From: Octopus sinensis
Taxonomy: Eukaryota
Direction of reading: 5' to 3'
Length of the DNA stretch: 64,000 bases
Assembly: GCF_006345805.1 (NCBI RefSeq)
Contig: NC_042998.1
Span: 171,988,001-172,052,000, forward strand
Below are positions 23,811 through 36,874 of this stretch, one piece after another. The notes beneath the pieces were generated by a model. That model saw only the letters and a program-made list of their open reading frames with translations, was not told the origin of the DNA and did not search any database. A program made the position numbers and the translations under genes. Each line of letters begins with the position of its first letter. Within the stretch, counting starts at the first letter, position 1.

Positions 23811-25854
23811 TACTATTATAGTGTTTATATCTTTCTCAAAAAGCATAAGCATCGAAATTGAAGTGAATCTGTTTCAACTAACAATCGAAACCGTCTTACG
23901 GATATGGCTCAATAGGAAGCATAACACCTGATATACAACGCTTGCCAGATAGGAAATTGATATTCTTCATATCAGTACTATATCAGTACTTTGTTTCTGT
24001 GCATTTAACATTTATTCAGGCTGTTTCCTTCCTATTTTCCTCAAATTATACTCTTTTCTCTACTGTTCTATTTCTTTAGTGTTTTTTTCTTCTCTATAAT
24101 ACAATTTAAAATAAAAACAATATGGCCTTTATCTATGCAATATCCTTCCTCTACTTCACTAAAACAAAATAATAAAGCGTAATACCCTCTAATATGCTGA
24201 CAGAAAATGTGTGCACGTGTTAAACTTAATTCAAATTCCTTGGAGATATAATACGCGATCGAGTTTTACTGCGAAAATGAGCCAAAGTGTCACTGGACCG
24301 GAATGGTGGGGTATAGTATTCCAACATTTTTAAAAAGATCATTCTTCAACTAATGGAAATTGAATGTTGTTCTTTAGACAAAGAATGAGAACTGTTATAT
24401 TATTTTTAACTCACAGAACTCACTGTAGTGTCTGCCACTATGTAGCAAGACTATCTCTCTCCCAAGTACCATTTAGAGTTTCTACGATCACAACAATAAC
24501 TCTTACATGAGTGTGAAGCCTCATGTTTTAATGGAAACAGTTTAGAAAGTTGTAACGTTTATGGTTTTCCCGAGAGCATTGAAAGACGTAAAGCGAAACG
24601 GTACAAGTGGGGAAATGAAACTGTGTTGAGGATTCGGTTCGGCGAGAACATATCTCTACTCCACTATACTCATTACTATGGAAGAGTAAATAAGAAATTG
24701 CTATTTATTTTGTTGTTGTTGTTTTTATTATTTACTGGTTTCAATTATTTGACTGTAACCATGCTGGGGCACCATCTTCCAGGATATAGACATTTATATC
24801 AGTCTCAGTAATTACATCAATTGGTACTTATTTTATCGACTTCCGAAGGGTAAAAAGTGCTGTCGATTTTGGCGAGATTAGAACTTAGATCGTAATGAGA
24901 TACATCTAAATACCACAAATACGTTGTCTGATGCTCCACCGATTCTACCTACTCCACTGCGAAGTCCTCATACTTTCCTTAAAGACGTTAAGACAATGCA
25001 ACTTGGAATTAAAATCTGGATCATTAATTAAATTTACCCAGAGCTTGCGGTATTTAAGACAATGTTAATTCTTCAACAAGGAAGACGAATTAGAAGACCT
25101 GACGCGAAGTTCACAATGCAACACATATTTATGATGTCGACTCGTCATTAATTGATATGTTTTATGCATCACACAGCATGAAATATAACAGCTGAAATAA
25201 ATTTAAGTATTAAAAACCCTGGCTCTGACGGTAACCTAGCTATAATGTCCTGTTACTTCATGGTAATAAAAATAAGGTCATATATGGTAGTTGTATATTC
25301 CGTACTATTGATTGGGGAACGCCTTCGTCGAGGGGCAATCAACAAACCGTGGAACGATTCATGAGGAGAGATTATCTACTATTTTCCACGCATCAAAAGC
25401 TGAGAAGGAATGTGTTTGTGTTCTTATTTCTTTCACAGTCCAGTTTTCTAACACACCCCACACACGTATATATTTTTCATGTTCGTTCATTTAACCCTAG
25501 TAGTTTTTCACTGAATATTACTATGGATTGGGCGTCGAAACTGTGACGATTTTTGATCGATAACTGATGAAGGATGAGCGTGTCCACGTTCATTGCGTAT
25601 TTTTCCCCTGTCTTTCCTATGTTTCTTAGATTTCTTTGTCGTCGCTCACTGCCATGTTTTACTATGATATATATTTGTGTGTGTGTGTCTGTTTATATGC
25701 GTTTTCTGCGTTAAATGAAGAAACAGTGATGAGTGAACATTGTGTAAATAATAATAATAGTTATGTTTAAGGCATGTAAGTTGGCTAAAGAAAATAGTCT
25801 AATATTAGGGCATATAAGACCTCGACGGAAAAAAAGTGGGTGTTGGTACGCGTG

Positions 25855-26017
25855 GCGTAGGAGTGATTGTGTGGTAAGTAGTTTGCTTACCAGCCACAGG
25901 GTTCCGGATTCAGTCCCACTGCGTGGCACCTTGAGCAAGTGTCTTCTACTATAGCCTCGGGCCGACCAAAGCCTTGTAAGTGGGAATTTGGTAGACGGAA
26001 ACTGAAAGAAGCCCGTC

Positions 26018-26074
<57 letters not shown>

Positions 26075-26300
26075 CGTGTGTGTGCGCGCGCGCGTCTGTG
26101 TTTTGTGCCCCCCCCCTCAAATTACTTGATAACCGATGCTGGTGTGTTTACGCCCCCATCACTTAGCGGTTCGGCGAGGGAGACCGATAGAATAAGTACT
26201 AGTCTTACAATGAATAAGTCTTGGGGTCGATTTGCTCGACTAAAGGCGGTGCTCCAGCATGGCCGCAGTCAAATGACTGGAACAAATAAAAGAAAAAAGA
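25855..26300 (+). mobile_element. SINE family 1, full length
   Basis: Head, internal (TA)/(TG) tract and tail match the other copies. Confidence 0.9.
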
Positions 26301-27713
26301 ATAAACGCTTGCTAATGCCCACTTTTACTGTTGTGGGTTTATGTGCCTTGCTTATAAGCTTTAAGCTTATAATTATTATTCTTTACAGAATAATATGTAT
26401 ATGTAAGATATACGAGGAGTTTTCGTCAGGATGATTCAAACTAATAGGTATGCGCTGTGAGTACTCAAATTGGTATGCCACTAAGATTCTGGTTTGAACT
26501 GCAGTTGAAAATGTTATTTTGTGACTGCTTTTCTAAAGCGGCTAGAAGTGGCTTCCCCTTGAATCAGTAGATAAAGATTAAAGTAGAAAAGAAAAGGCAA
26601 ACAGTTTAGCAAGACTTAACAAGGACATTTAACTTAGCTATATAATATAAGGTTTATATAGTCTCTAATAGCTGTTTCTTTGCTATTCCGTTTATTTGAA
26701 TATCGTGTCGAGCGAGGATTTCATACGCTGAGTATACCGCCATCGGAGAGATATAGGTTAAACGTACGCTATGTTGAAGAATATTTCTCATCAATGATAA
26801 TTATTGTGGTTCATTATGTCTAGAACGGGAGAAGAAATCCAATTAAAACGAGTATTCAGTAGGTAAATCCATGCACAGAGAGAAGGGTTTGATAGTAATC
26901 CATGGCGACGGAAAATGGATGCTGGCAGTTCCAAAGTTGAACAAATACTGACTGAAAAGAAGAATAAGTATAGTACACTTTAGTGAGAGGAAGATAGGCA
27001 GGTAGAAATTTTGTACTAGATATATACTAATCGATATAGCGAGGGAAAGTCTTGTCCAGAAAGGTTAGGGAAGTGCGTGTGCAAAAACAAATAGATAAGG
27101 TATGAACAAAGCAGATGTCAGACCTACAGGTTGGGTAACAATGGGAGTGGGTAATGGAGGTAATAAATCAGTCGTAAAAAGGTAATGGACGTCTTATGTA
27201 ATAGGTAGTCGATTTTACTAGACGGGAAGGGAGAATCGGGGCTAGCTTGGTTGTTATAAGTCCTAGAAATAGATGTCACACAAGCAAACGAAAGACTTAA
27301 AGTTTGAAATTCAAGACTAAAATCAAAAATTAATATTAGAAATACGAAAAATAAAAAAAGATAAAAATAAACGTAAAAGAAAAATATTAAAATTAAGATC
27401 TGAGTATCCCGTAGTGTTAAAGGAAATATATTCCCATTGAGAATCAAGGGATAAAATTAAATACGACGATATACCCAAAGCTAATCGGGAATAAATATAG
27501 ATATAATTAAATAGTTGAATGGATAGGGTGGGGACGTTTAATTACGAAGTAAAGTATAGAAGGATGGGATGATTATGTGGGAATCATTAAATCCTAATTT
27601 CGCTCGGAGTGGTGAGCAGGTAAGCCTAGTGATACGGATACTGTATATATATACTTCGTTTTTGGATTTGGTTTGCAAGATTCTTTATGTGAGTTCGTAT
27701 GTTGAAGCATATT

Positions 27714-27927
27714 CTGTTGTGTCTGGGGAGGGTCATTTTCTTTTTGTGCCTTATAATATAACACACTCACCGGTAAAATCTCCACTTTTTTCTTAACTAT
27801 TGAAAAGGTTGCAAGACGCAACGAAAATTTTATGAAAATAAAAATAAGAAAAAAGTGGAGATTTTACCAGTGAGTGTGTGTTATATTATAAAGCACAAAA
27901 AGAAAATGACTCTCCCCAGACAAACAG
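27714..27927. repeat. Fold-back element with ~82-bp inverted arms
   Basis: 27714-27795 vs 27845-27927. Confidence 0.85.
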
Positions 27928-28260
27928 TATATATATCAGTTGAATTAAGTCAAAACGTAGTCTGGTTTTCATGTTTTTTTATTATGGTATTTTAACATTA
28001 AAAAACTAGTTTGAAATGCTCATAAAGTTAAATTAGCATTTTCACACATAGTGTCATAATCAAATTTCAAATGTCTGACAGTTGAATTCTTGACAACTTT
28101 ACTACCTCTTAGAATGCTCTACATAACCTAAAGAAACTATTAACAAAAGCCTGAACATGAACAAACAGGATAAAACATTCGCAGTATCCAAATGTAATGA
28201 TAACAGATTTGGAACGTGTTAATACATGCATTCGGGTGAATATATATATATATATATATA

Positions 28261-28776
28261 TATAAGCGAGAAAGAAGCAACAAGAATGGATAGGTTTTTA
28301 GTACAATCGTTTCATACAAGGACAGGCTTTATTAAAAGTTGTAAAAATTACAGCATATAAACGTGTCCCGTACTCATCAGCTAAAATACATGTGAGTTCT
28401 CTAGACATCCTAGTGGTTGAGGCTATACTCATGAAGTAATGTAGATAATTAAGTAACATAAACAGATTTCCAAAGTTCATTAAAGTTCTTTAAAGATGAT
28501 GTACAGTCTTATCACAGAATTTTAAAAAAGTTCTAATAGCATCACAGAGAAGGTGACCTAATCCATAGAGCACATATGAATTTCCAGAGATATGATGAGC
28601 CTGTCCTTGTATGAAACGATTGTACTAAAAACCTATCCATTCTTGTTGCTTCTTTCTCGCTTATAATCACCCCACATTACTGTATTGTTAAAACAGTATA
28701 GTTTTTTTTGGTGCATCTAAGTTAGGTACCATATTCAAGTAAATTCATTTAAATTAACTTGAATCTTTATTGCTTT
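28261..28776 (-). mobile_element. Hammerhead-bearing element in (TA)n with a 68-bp inverted duplication
   Basis: IR 28261-28328 vs 28598-28665; both ends of the element abut (TA)n. Confidence 0.8.
28296..28386 (-). ncRNA. Type I hammerhead ribozyme (HHR-F)
   Basis: The reverse complement reads UUUUAG-CUGAUGA-GUACgGGACA...UGUCCuuGUAU-GAAA-CgauuG-UA-CUAAAA. Confidence 0.8.
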
Positions 28777-28785
28777 AATATATAT

Positions 28786-28835
<50 letters not shown>

Positions 28836-28836
<1 letters not shown>

Positions 28837-29070
28837 CGAGGAAGTATGTATAGGCGAGACAGGGAATGCATTATCAAAACGCCTACGAGTCCACAGACAA
28901 CAAATCTAGAACACCAATGTTCGCCAAATTCCATTGGGCGAACATATAGAGACGTGGTCAGAAAATGTTTCTAATTTTTCCTTTCCGCAAACTACATGGC
29001 ATAAGTGAGGTTAGAAGAAAGCTAAAAAGAAAAACGGTTTTATAAAATGTTAAAACCTGTTCTGAACGGA
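28836..29070 (+). mobile_element. Penelope-like element GIY-YIG endonuclease remnant
   Basis: Translation gives CEEVCIGETGNALSKRLRVHRQQI*...QIPLGEHIETW (a YIGET..L..R...H pattern). It begins directly after (TA)n. Confidence 0.7.
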
Positions 29071-29475
29071 AATAACAATAATATAACAACTAGTTAATGA
29101 TGTGGATTTTAAAATATCTCTAGCATATAAATATAAGCAAGTTACAGAATATCGGTACGTCTGGCAAACCGTGGTGTACAAGATGCATGCGGATTGGTCA
29201 AAAAGGTATTCTAAAAATTCAGCGTGTTAGAGCATTCTAAGAGGAAATAAAGAACTCAACTGTCAGTTAAGGACATTTGAAATTTGATGATTACTCTATG
29301 AATGAAAAAGGTAATTTAACTTTATGAGCATTACAAAATATATTTTTACTGTTAAAATACCATAAGAAAAAAACGTGTAAACCAGGCCATGTTTTAACTT
29401 TATTCAACTGATATACATATATTATTCTAAATACATTCACACAAATCCGAAACAATATATAAATATGTGTGTGTG

Positions 29476-29509
<34 letters not shown>

Positions 29510-29530
29510 ATGTGTATGTATATAAATATG

Positions 29531-29572
<42 letters not shown>

Positions 29573-29924
29573 TGCAGGTCTTGGTTAATTTTTTGTCATT
29601 TTGTTACACTCTAAATTTGATGTTCTGTATAGGGATTTATTGAGCACTTTCATTAACAACGTCACGAAAATGTTTTGATGTTTTCTGAGAAATGTCCTCC
29701 CTCTTTCTCTCCCTCTCTCTCTCTCTCTAACTCCCTCCCTCTCTCTTTCTATCTCTTTCTCTCTCTCTATTTATCTATCTACCTACCTAACGAAATATCT
29801 GTCACATGTACAATCCCTTTATATATATATATATATGAGGAGGTTATACAGTTGACAGATATATGTGTGTGTGCATATATATGTATATATATATGTGTGT
29901 GTATATATATGTGTGTGTATATTA

Positions 29925-29976
<52 letters not shown>

Positions 29977-29977
29977 C

Positions 29978-30011
<34 letters not shown>

Positions 30012-30012
30012 G

Positions 30013-30073
<61 letters not shown>

Positions 30074-30079
30074 TATATA

Positions 30080-31200
30080 AACTAAGAGATAGATGCCGTC
30101 GCAGTGTGAGAGACGCCGTTTTATAAGGGCCAATGCATTCATGCCTGCTTACTTATTGGTGGTGGTTTGCAACTCAGTAGGGAGTTGGACGCTAGTGAAG
30201 CTATTGATATTTCAGTTATTTCTATAGGTGTGTGCGCTTTATCCTTGTCCGGGCTGGGTATTATAGCATTTTTAGAATGTTGTTCAGTAGTATTCCGGGG
30301 TGTTTTGAATTTATGTGGGTGATAGGAGATTTGTTTCTCGTGTAGTAACAAGGGCTTTGGGGATTGAAACATGCTGCGCCCACAAAACTGTGCTCCTCTC
30401 ATTTCTAGGTCGTCTTTAATTTCTAGTGTTTGTTTCGTTTTGTAGGTGGTCTGAGGGTGTAGCCAGTGTATACCCTGTTTTGTACTCAGTACATTATTGT
30501 GGTTTGTTGTTGAGAAATTGGCTCGCCAGACAAGACCGACATTGTCCATGATAAATCTTGATATATCATTTGTACATCGTTGTTGTTAACTCTTTCTGTT
30601 GGCCAAAAGTGCAACCTGCGATTGCTCTATGAGTGTACGTTGTTTTGGTTTCTTTACAATGTCTGCCGTGAGTTGTATGTAATTCCTAATAGTTTTTTTC
30701 CCTGTGTGATCTGCTTATACTGCTGAGCATAACGATCGGTTGTACTTGACGTTCTTTGTTTTTGTTTTTTGTTTTTTTGCTGAAATGAAACGATACTGTA
30801 GTTTTGGCAAGTTTGTTGCTGTGAACTCAGTTTTCTCGGCGATTCAAATCGAAGCGGAGTTGTTGAAGAGCAGTGTTTACGAGCGGTTGGAAGATGTGAA
30901 TTTGATATCATCTGCGTATGAAGTTGTATTTATGTTTTACAAAAGTGTAGAAAGGATTGTTAGCAAAAGCTGAAATGAGTGAATGACAGGACAGATCTCT
31001 ATGGCATTCCATTCAGGAAATTGTGGGTTCTGGAAAGGTGTTACTACACACTTCATAAACTTAGCAGCCTGGCCGGCAGATTACTAGACATCGTTTTATG
31101 TTCTGCCTTAATGTGTATATGGCGAAGTTTATGTATAAGTGACGAGAAAGGAATGAAGTCAATGTAGATGGTAGTTACAATGATACGTATAGATTTAATT
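30080..31200 (-). mobile_element. Degenerate LINE reverse transcriptase remnant
   Basis: Minus strand gives NGMP*RSVLS (GVPQGSVLS-like), TTSYADDIKF and a C-terminal [12 protein letters not shown]...LTLRRHLS. Confidence 0.7.
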
Positions 31201-31328
31201 TTTTTGTTATCTTGTATTTTTTATGTCGGGGATAACGGTAAAATTCAAGTACATGAAATAGAATGTTTATTAAATATTAGTAGAACTTTTAGGAAACATA
31301 TCAACGATGTATGTATGTATGTATGCAT

Positions 31329-31710
31329 GAATGGCCCAGTGGTTAGGGCAGCAGACTCGCGGTCATAGGATCGCGGTTTCGATTCCCAGACCGGGCGTTG
31401 TGAGTGTTTATTGAGCGAAAACACCTAAAAGCTCCACGAGGCTCCGGCAGGGATGTTGGTGATCCCTGCTGTACTCTTTCACCACAACTTTCTCTCACTC
31501 TTACTTCCTGTTTCTGTTGTACCTGTATTTGAAGGGGCCGGCCTTGTCACTCTCTGTGTCACGCTGAATATCCCCGAGAACTACGTTAAGTGTACACGTG
31601 TCTGTGGAGTGCTCAGCCACTTACACGTTAATTTCACAAGCAGGCTGTTCCGTTGATTCGGATCAACCGGAACTCTCGTCGTCGTAACCGACGGAGTGCT
31701 TCCATCCCAT
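31329..31710 (+). mobile_element. tRNA-derived SINE family 3
   Basis: A box GGCCCAGTGGTTAGGGC and B box GGTTTCGATTCCC. The head is shared with 49378-49690. Confidence 0.85.
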
Positions 31711-32231
31711 GTATGTATATATGTATTTTTCTTTGAGTTTGATTTAAGTTCTTCTTGAGAGACTTCAAGCTGGTCGCTAACAAAGTGACAAGACTTTTTG
31801 AGTTAAGAGAGTTCCCGGTGTTAATAAATATGCAGTTGATTTTGTGTGTTAGTTGAGCTGTCGATGCATACACCCAAGTGTGTGCATCTATTCACATAAG
31901 AATTTCACCAGGGCAGTTTTTGGAATTTCTTGCAAATCTTCACTGCGTCACAAATAGATTGGATTTGGAGAACCGGCGTCAGTTTCGTTTGGTCTTTTCC
32001 CGTGGAACCGAGTATTTCTACATTAGAGAGATAATTCAGAGTGACCAGTAGTATGCAAAGGATCAATATTGACAAATACAAATATGTCAAATACATAAAT
32101 TCTTGATTTATTAAAACTATCTCTATTTTATACACACACGCATACACATATATATGTAAGTATGTATATATATATATGTATGTATATATATGTATATATA
32201 TATATATACATATATATATATGTATGTATGC

Positions 32232-32299
<68 letters not shown>

Positions 32300-32301
32300 A
32301 T

Positions 32302-32680
32302 AACGTAAAGTATAATAGCCATCTCAATATGGCTAACCACAAAGGGTGGGTGTTACTGTAGCTTTTAGCCCCAGGAGATCATCGTCTCCAGCTGGCTTTA
32401 GGCACACTATCTGATTACCGCCCGATGACAAGAGGCAACTACCTCGAAACTGCGGTCCGTGCGTATCACTTAGGCTTACGAGAGAGGGATGGCCTCCCTT
32501 TGCAAATACCATAAAGGCACAGGTAGTGTGCCTAAAGCTAGCTGGAGACGATGATCTCCTGGGGCTAAAAGCTACAGTAACACCCACCCTTTGTGGTTAG
32601 CCATATTGAAATGGCTAGTATACTTTACGTTGTCGAGCGGTTACTGTTTACATCTCGTTCAAAGATTTATTATTCCTATA
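32302..32680 (+). mobile_element. Fold-back element in (TA)n with 112-bp inverted arms enclosing an atypical hammerhead-like motif (HHR-G, 32416-32466)
   Basis: IR 32302-32413 vs 32520-32631. The loop contains CCGAUGA-caa-GAGGcaacuaCCUC-GAAA-CugcgG-UC; stem I is imperfect. Confidence 0.7.
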
Positions 32681-32894
32681 TATATATATTATATATATAT
32701 ATATATTATATATATATATATAATATATATATATATATGTATATATATATGTATTATATATATGTATATATATATATATGTATATATATAGTATATATAT
32801 GTATATATATATATGTATATATATATATGTATATAATATATGTATATATATATATGTATATATAATGTATATTATATATATGTATATATATATG

Positions 32895-32945
<51 letters not shown>

Positions 32946-32987
32946 GTATATATATATGTATATATATATATATGTATATATATTATG

Positions 32988-33034
<47 letters not shown>

Positions 33035-33047
33035 GTATATATATATG

Positions 33048-33082
<35 letters not shown>

Positions 33083-33216
33083 GGTATGTAGAAAAATACA
33101 ACATGGACAAGAAGGTATAACTCTTAGAAGACGATACAATAAACACGGACAGGACATTCGAAACCCTCAGTCTTCAGTCAAGAACCGGATCATCGTAGTA
33201 ATTTCGGCTGATTATG

Positions 33217-33253
<37 letters not shown>

Positions 33254-33306
33254 CTGCATATATTCATATCTGTGTGTGAGTGTGTGTGTTTGTATATATA
33301 TATATA

Positions 33307-33459
33307 TAAATTTTATTCAACGTGTAAATACTGAACAGTATATATGTAAAGGATATTTGAAGGGTGTGAGTTCGATCCTCATGGCTGGCTGCCAGCAAAT
33401 TTTTCTACTTTATCTTTTGTATATATACTGTTCAGTATTTACGCGTTGAATAAAATTTA
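33307..33459. repeat. Inverted repeat, 39-bp arms
   Basis: 33307-33345 vs 33421-33459 (TAAATTTTATTCAACG...CAGTATATAT). Confidence 0.85.
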
Positions 33460-33627
33460 TCTTTCTACTTGTTTTACATTTCAACGTTTCGAAAACAAAC
33501 TTGTCGTTTACATAGGACGTTATATATATATATAGGGGGGGGGAGTTCACGAAAAAGCAAAAGACGAAGATAGGTGGTGTACAAAACAAACAGATGTATT
33601 AGTATAACGCTCAGGAATAGAAAAAGT

Positions 33628-33663
33628 CTTTTACGTTTCGAGCCTACGCTCTTCTACAGAAAG
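33628..33663 (-). ncRNA. Minimal hammerhead-like motif (HHR-H), CUGUAGA core variant, in element ~33533-33720 related to 4587-4795
   Basis: The reverse complement reads CUUU-CUGUAGA-a-GAGCguagGCUC-GAAA-CG-UA-AAAG; A6 is changed to U. Confidence 0.6.
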
Positions 33664-35081
33664 GGACACAGAAAAGAAACAAGGAGAGAAAAAAATGTGT
33701 TTAGTGGCTACCGAGCAGTTTATTCAGATAAACAAATTAAATATACCAGCTTGGATTTGATATACAACATATATATATATATATTGGTTTTGTGCTTCAC
33801 CCAACAAAATGCTGGGTCAAACTCAAACGTACCGTGACTAATTCCGTAACCTCACCGCACAGTAGAGAAATCGATTTTTCAATTTTTAATTTCCATTAAC
33901 TTTCTTAGACTTGGTTAAAATTGCATATACTTTATTAAAATACTCAATGTATTATAACCTTCATTTTCATATAAGTTTGATAGCTAAAACAATAAGATCT
34001 TTTAAACATAATTTTATCAAGAACCTCTTCATATTCACATTTCAGTTTTTTTTAATCTTAATTATCATCTCCTCCTCTTCCTCTTTCTATGTTTGTTTAC
34101 TCTCTCCCTCTCTCGTGCTTATTCTCCTCCCTTTTCTACTAGCCATCCCATCTTTATATATTTATCTTTCTATCTGTCTCTCTCTCTTTCCGTTTCTCTT
34201 TCTCTCTGTCTTTCCCTCTGTATCTTCTGTTTGCTTTTCTCCCTCTCTTCCTCTTTCTATGTTTGTTTACTCTCTTTTCAACTTATTCTCGTTCCCTTTC
34301 TGTCAATTCTATATCAATCCTCCTGTTTATCTATGATTCTTCCCCTCTCTATATATCTATCTTTCTACCTATCTGACTGTCTGCCTGTCTCCCCCCTCTG
34401 TCTATATATATATCTGTCTCTCTCTTTCTCTGTCTTTTCGTTGGCATTTCCCTTTTACACTCTTCCTCCTCCTACTACTGTAACTTCCCCTCTTCCTCTC
34501 TTACATTTCCTCCTCTATCTCTCAAACATGCTTTACGACCCTTTCTTTCCTGTCTACGCTAACTACCAAAACTAGAGACGTGAAACTGTTACACAGGGTC
34601 ATGTCTTCTCTCTGGTTATGTCTTATCCCTTCTTTCCGGTGATCATCAGCAGGTCAAATTTAATTAACACCATGTCCAAATTCTCATTAATTTATTAATT
34701 AGTACTTTTCTTCCTTTTCACTGCACTCAAGAGTAACCTGAATAGCGTGAACAAGACAGAGATACAGGTGTTATGTGAGACAACATGGTCGCTCGACCTG
34801 TTAGAAATAGCAGCCACATTATCCTCAGATCACTTCCTACTGTCTCTGAGAAAAGACGTATTTAATGATGTATTTCTAGACGTACTGTATCAGAAATACA
34901 GAATGGCTGGTCGAGCTGAAATATCTTTCAACGTAAGTCTGCTAGCTCGGGAGTGGTCTGACGCTAAATAATCAGATATGTTTTATATACAAAGTAACAT
35001 ATATATATTATGTAACGCATGTATATTAATGACTTGTGAAGGTACATGGTATTCCGTTATGCAACCATAACATAATATATT

Positions 35082-35529
35082 TATTTCTTTATTGCCCATA
35101 AGGGGCTAAACATAGAGGGGACAAACAAGGACAGACAAATGGATTAAGTCGATTACATCGACCCCAGTGCGTAACTGGTACTTAATTTATCGACCCCGAA
35201 AGGATGAAAGGCAAAGTCGACCGCGGCGGAATTTGAACTCAGAACGTAACGGCAGACGAAATACGGCTACGCATTTCGTCCGGCGTGCAAACGTTTCTTA
35301 TTTCTTTACTGCCCACAAGGGGTTAAACATAGAGGGGACAAACAAGGACAGGCAAAGGGATTAAGTCCATTACATCGACCTCAGTGTATAACTGGTACTT
35401 AATTTATCAACCCTGAAAGGATGAAAGGCAAAGTCGACTTAAGCGGAATTTGAACTCAGAATGTGACGGCAGACGAAATATGGCTACGCATTTCGCCCGG
35501 CGTGCTAAAGTTTCTGCCAGCTCGCCGCC
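35082..35529 (-). mobile_element. SINE family 4 head-to-tail dimer with a 25-bp TSD, inserted in a small hairpin element
   Basis: Two ~215-bp units. TSD TTATGCAACCATAACATAATATATT at 35057-35081 and 35530-35554. Host IR 35040-35066 vs 35557-35583. Confidence 0.85.
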
Positions 35530-35818
35530 TTATGCAACCATAACATAATATATTACGGTCGCATAACGAAATACCATGTACCTATAAATAAGTAGTGTTT
35601 ACGTACCAGCTTCCAGGAATGCGTTTGATATGTAAATTGGTATATCCAATAAATATATACTGCTATATATAGTAGCTATTTCAGCAATGTGTTCCAGGAT
35701 GATTAATGGGTTAGAGGGTACTGATGAAGGGGCAAACACCATCGATGTATGGCATATACGCCCATTACCCATTTTTCCTCTTATTGTCGGCACTATAATA
35801 TTCTCGTCGCCATTATTA

Positions 35819-36860
35819 TGTTGTGGCGATATTCCGCGTCTTATTTATCTTTGACTCGTCTATCATGCTATTGCGAATAGCTCCACAAGACAATGACTTT
35901 GAAACGTCTACCTTGACCGTAACTCAAACTCGTATACATCACGTAAATGACATTGACTCCAACTGAGAACTTGTACAACGACACTACTTTTATTGACTTC
36001 CCACAACGACTGACTGTCGTTATGGGAAGTCAATAAAAGTAGAGTTGTATCATACCACTTTGCCGCGTGAGAAGAGGAGTACCATTTTCTCTACAACGTT
36101 TCCCCTTGTAGTAATTTTATTTTATTTTATTCACCCTTCCTTCCTCCCCTTTTAACGCGTTTTTTTTTTCCAACTTAATATTTTTTCCTTTTAGCGTCTA
36201 TTTGTAGGACCTCTGCGTGCTTCCTTTTTCTTTCACTTATGCGTGTAATGGTGTTGGTACCTGGAATATGCCATACAGCCATTCCATAGGTTCTTCTAAT
36301 CTATCTTGTTTATTTTCTATGAAACACTTCCTCAATTGGTTTCTGTGTCTTTTTTCAATACCTTTTCTGCATTTAATTCCGTACATCACATTTCCTATCC
36401 ACTTTGTAATTTTGCCTCCTTCCCAGTACTGTTTTCCGTTTTTATACGACCTCATGGACGCCTTATCACCAATTTTGAAAACAATTGGAGTGTCTTTCCT
36501 GGTACTTTTTCTCTCCTCACCAGATAACAGTTTATCAAAAACTGATTTCACCTTCCTTGCGAACATCAGTTCTGCCTGAGCTTCTTGCTAGTGTATTGGG
36601 GGTCTGGTGCCACCCTGTATACCCTTAGGAATTGCTGCAGAGCGACTTTGTCTGTGACTTCCTTGTCCATCTTCGGCCAATACACATCTGCGCATAAGCG
36701 CTTTCATCTTTGCGATCCTCGGATGTCCAATATAGAATTCTTTCAACATTCTTGTTTGTAAAGTCTCAGGTATCGCTACTCTTTGGCCATACATCAGTAT
36801 GCGGTCGCATGTTGAATATATATTTACCTGTTGCTGTTTTTTTTTTCTTACTTAATCTAT
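35819..36860 (-). mobile_element. Gypsy LTR retrotransposon remnant: integrase fragments, PPT and 3' LTR (35819-36098)
   Basis: RVAIPETLQTRMLKEFYIGHPRIAKMKALMR (integrase zinc-binding region) and MFARKVKSVFDKLL...RHRNQLRK. A purine tract AAGGGGAAA on the minus strand is adjacent to an LTR with ends TGTTGT...ACAACG. Confidence 0.8.
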
Positions 36861-36874
36861 TTTGGTTTCTTTAG

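Noticed and set aside
26400-27130. Possible ancient LINE remnant (similar impressions at 6800-7250, 10300-11200 and 41300-41900)
   Set aside because: Motifs are too decayed to support a call by eye.
28592-28631. Second apparent hammerhead on the plus strand (AUGAUGA...GAAACGAUUGUA)
   Set aside because: It is the inverted duplicate of the 3' half of HHR-F and lacks C3 and the 5' strands of stems I and II.
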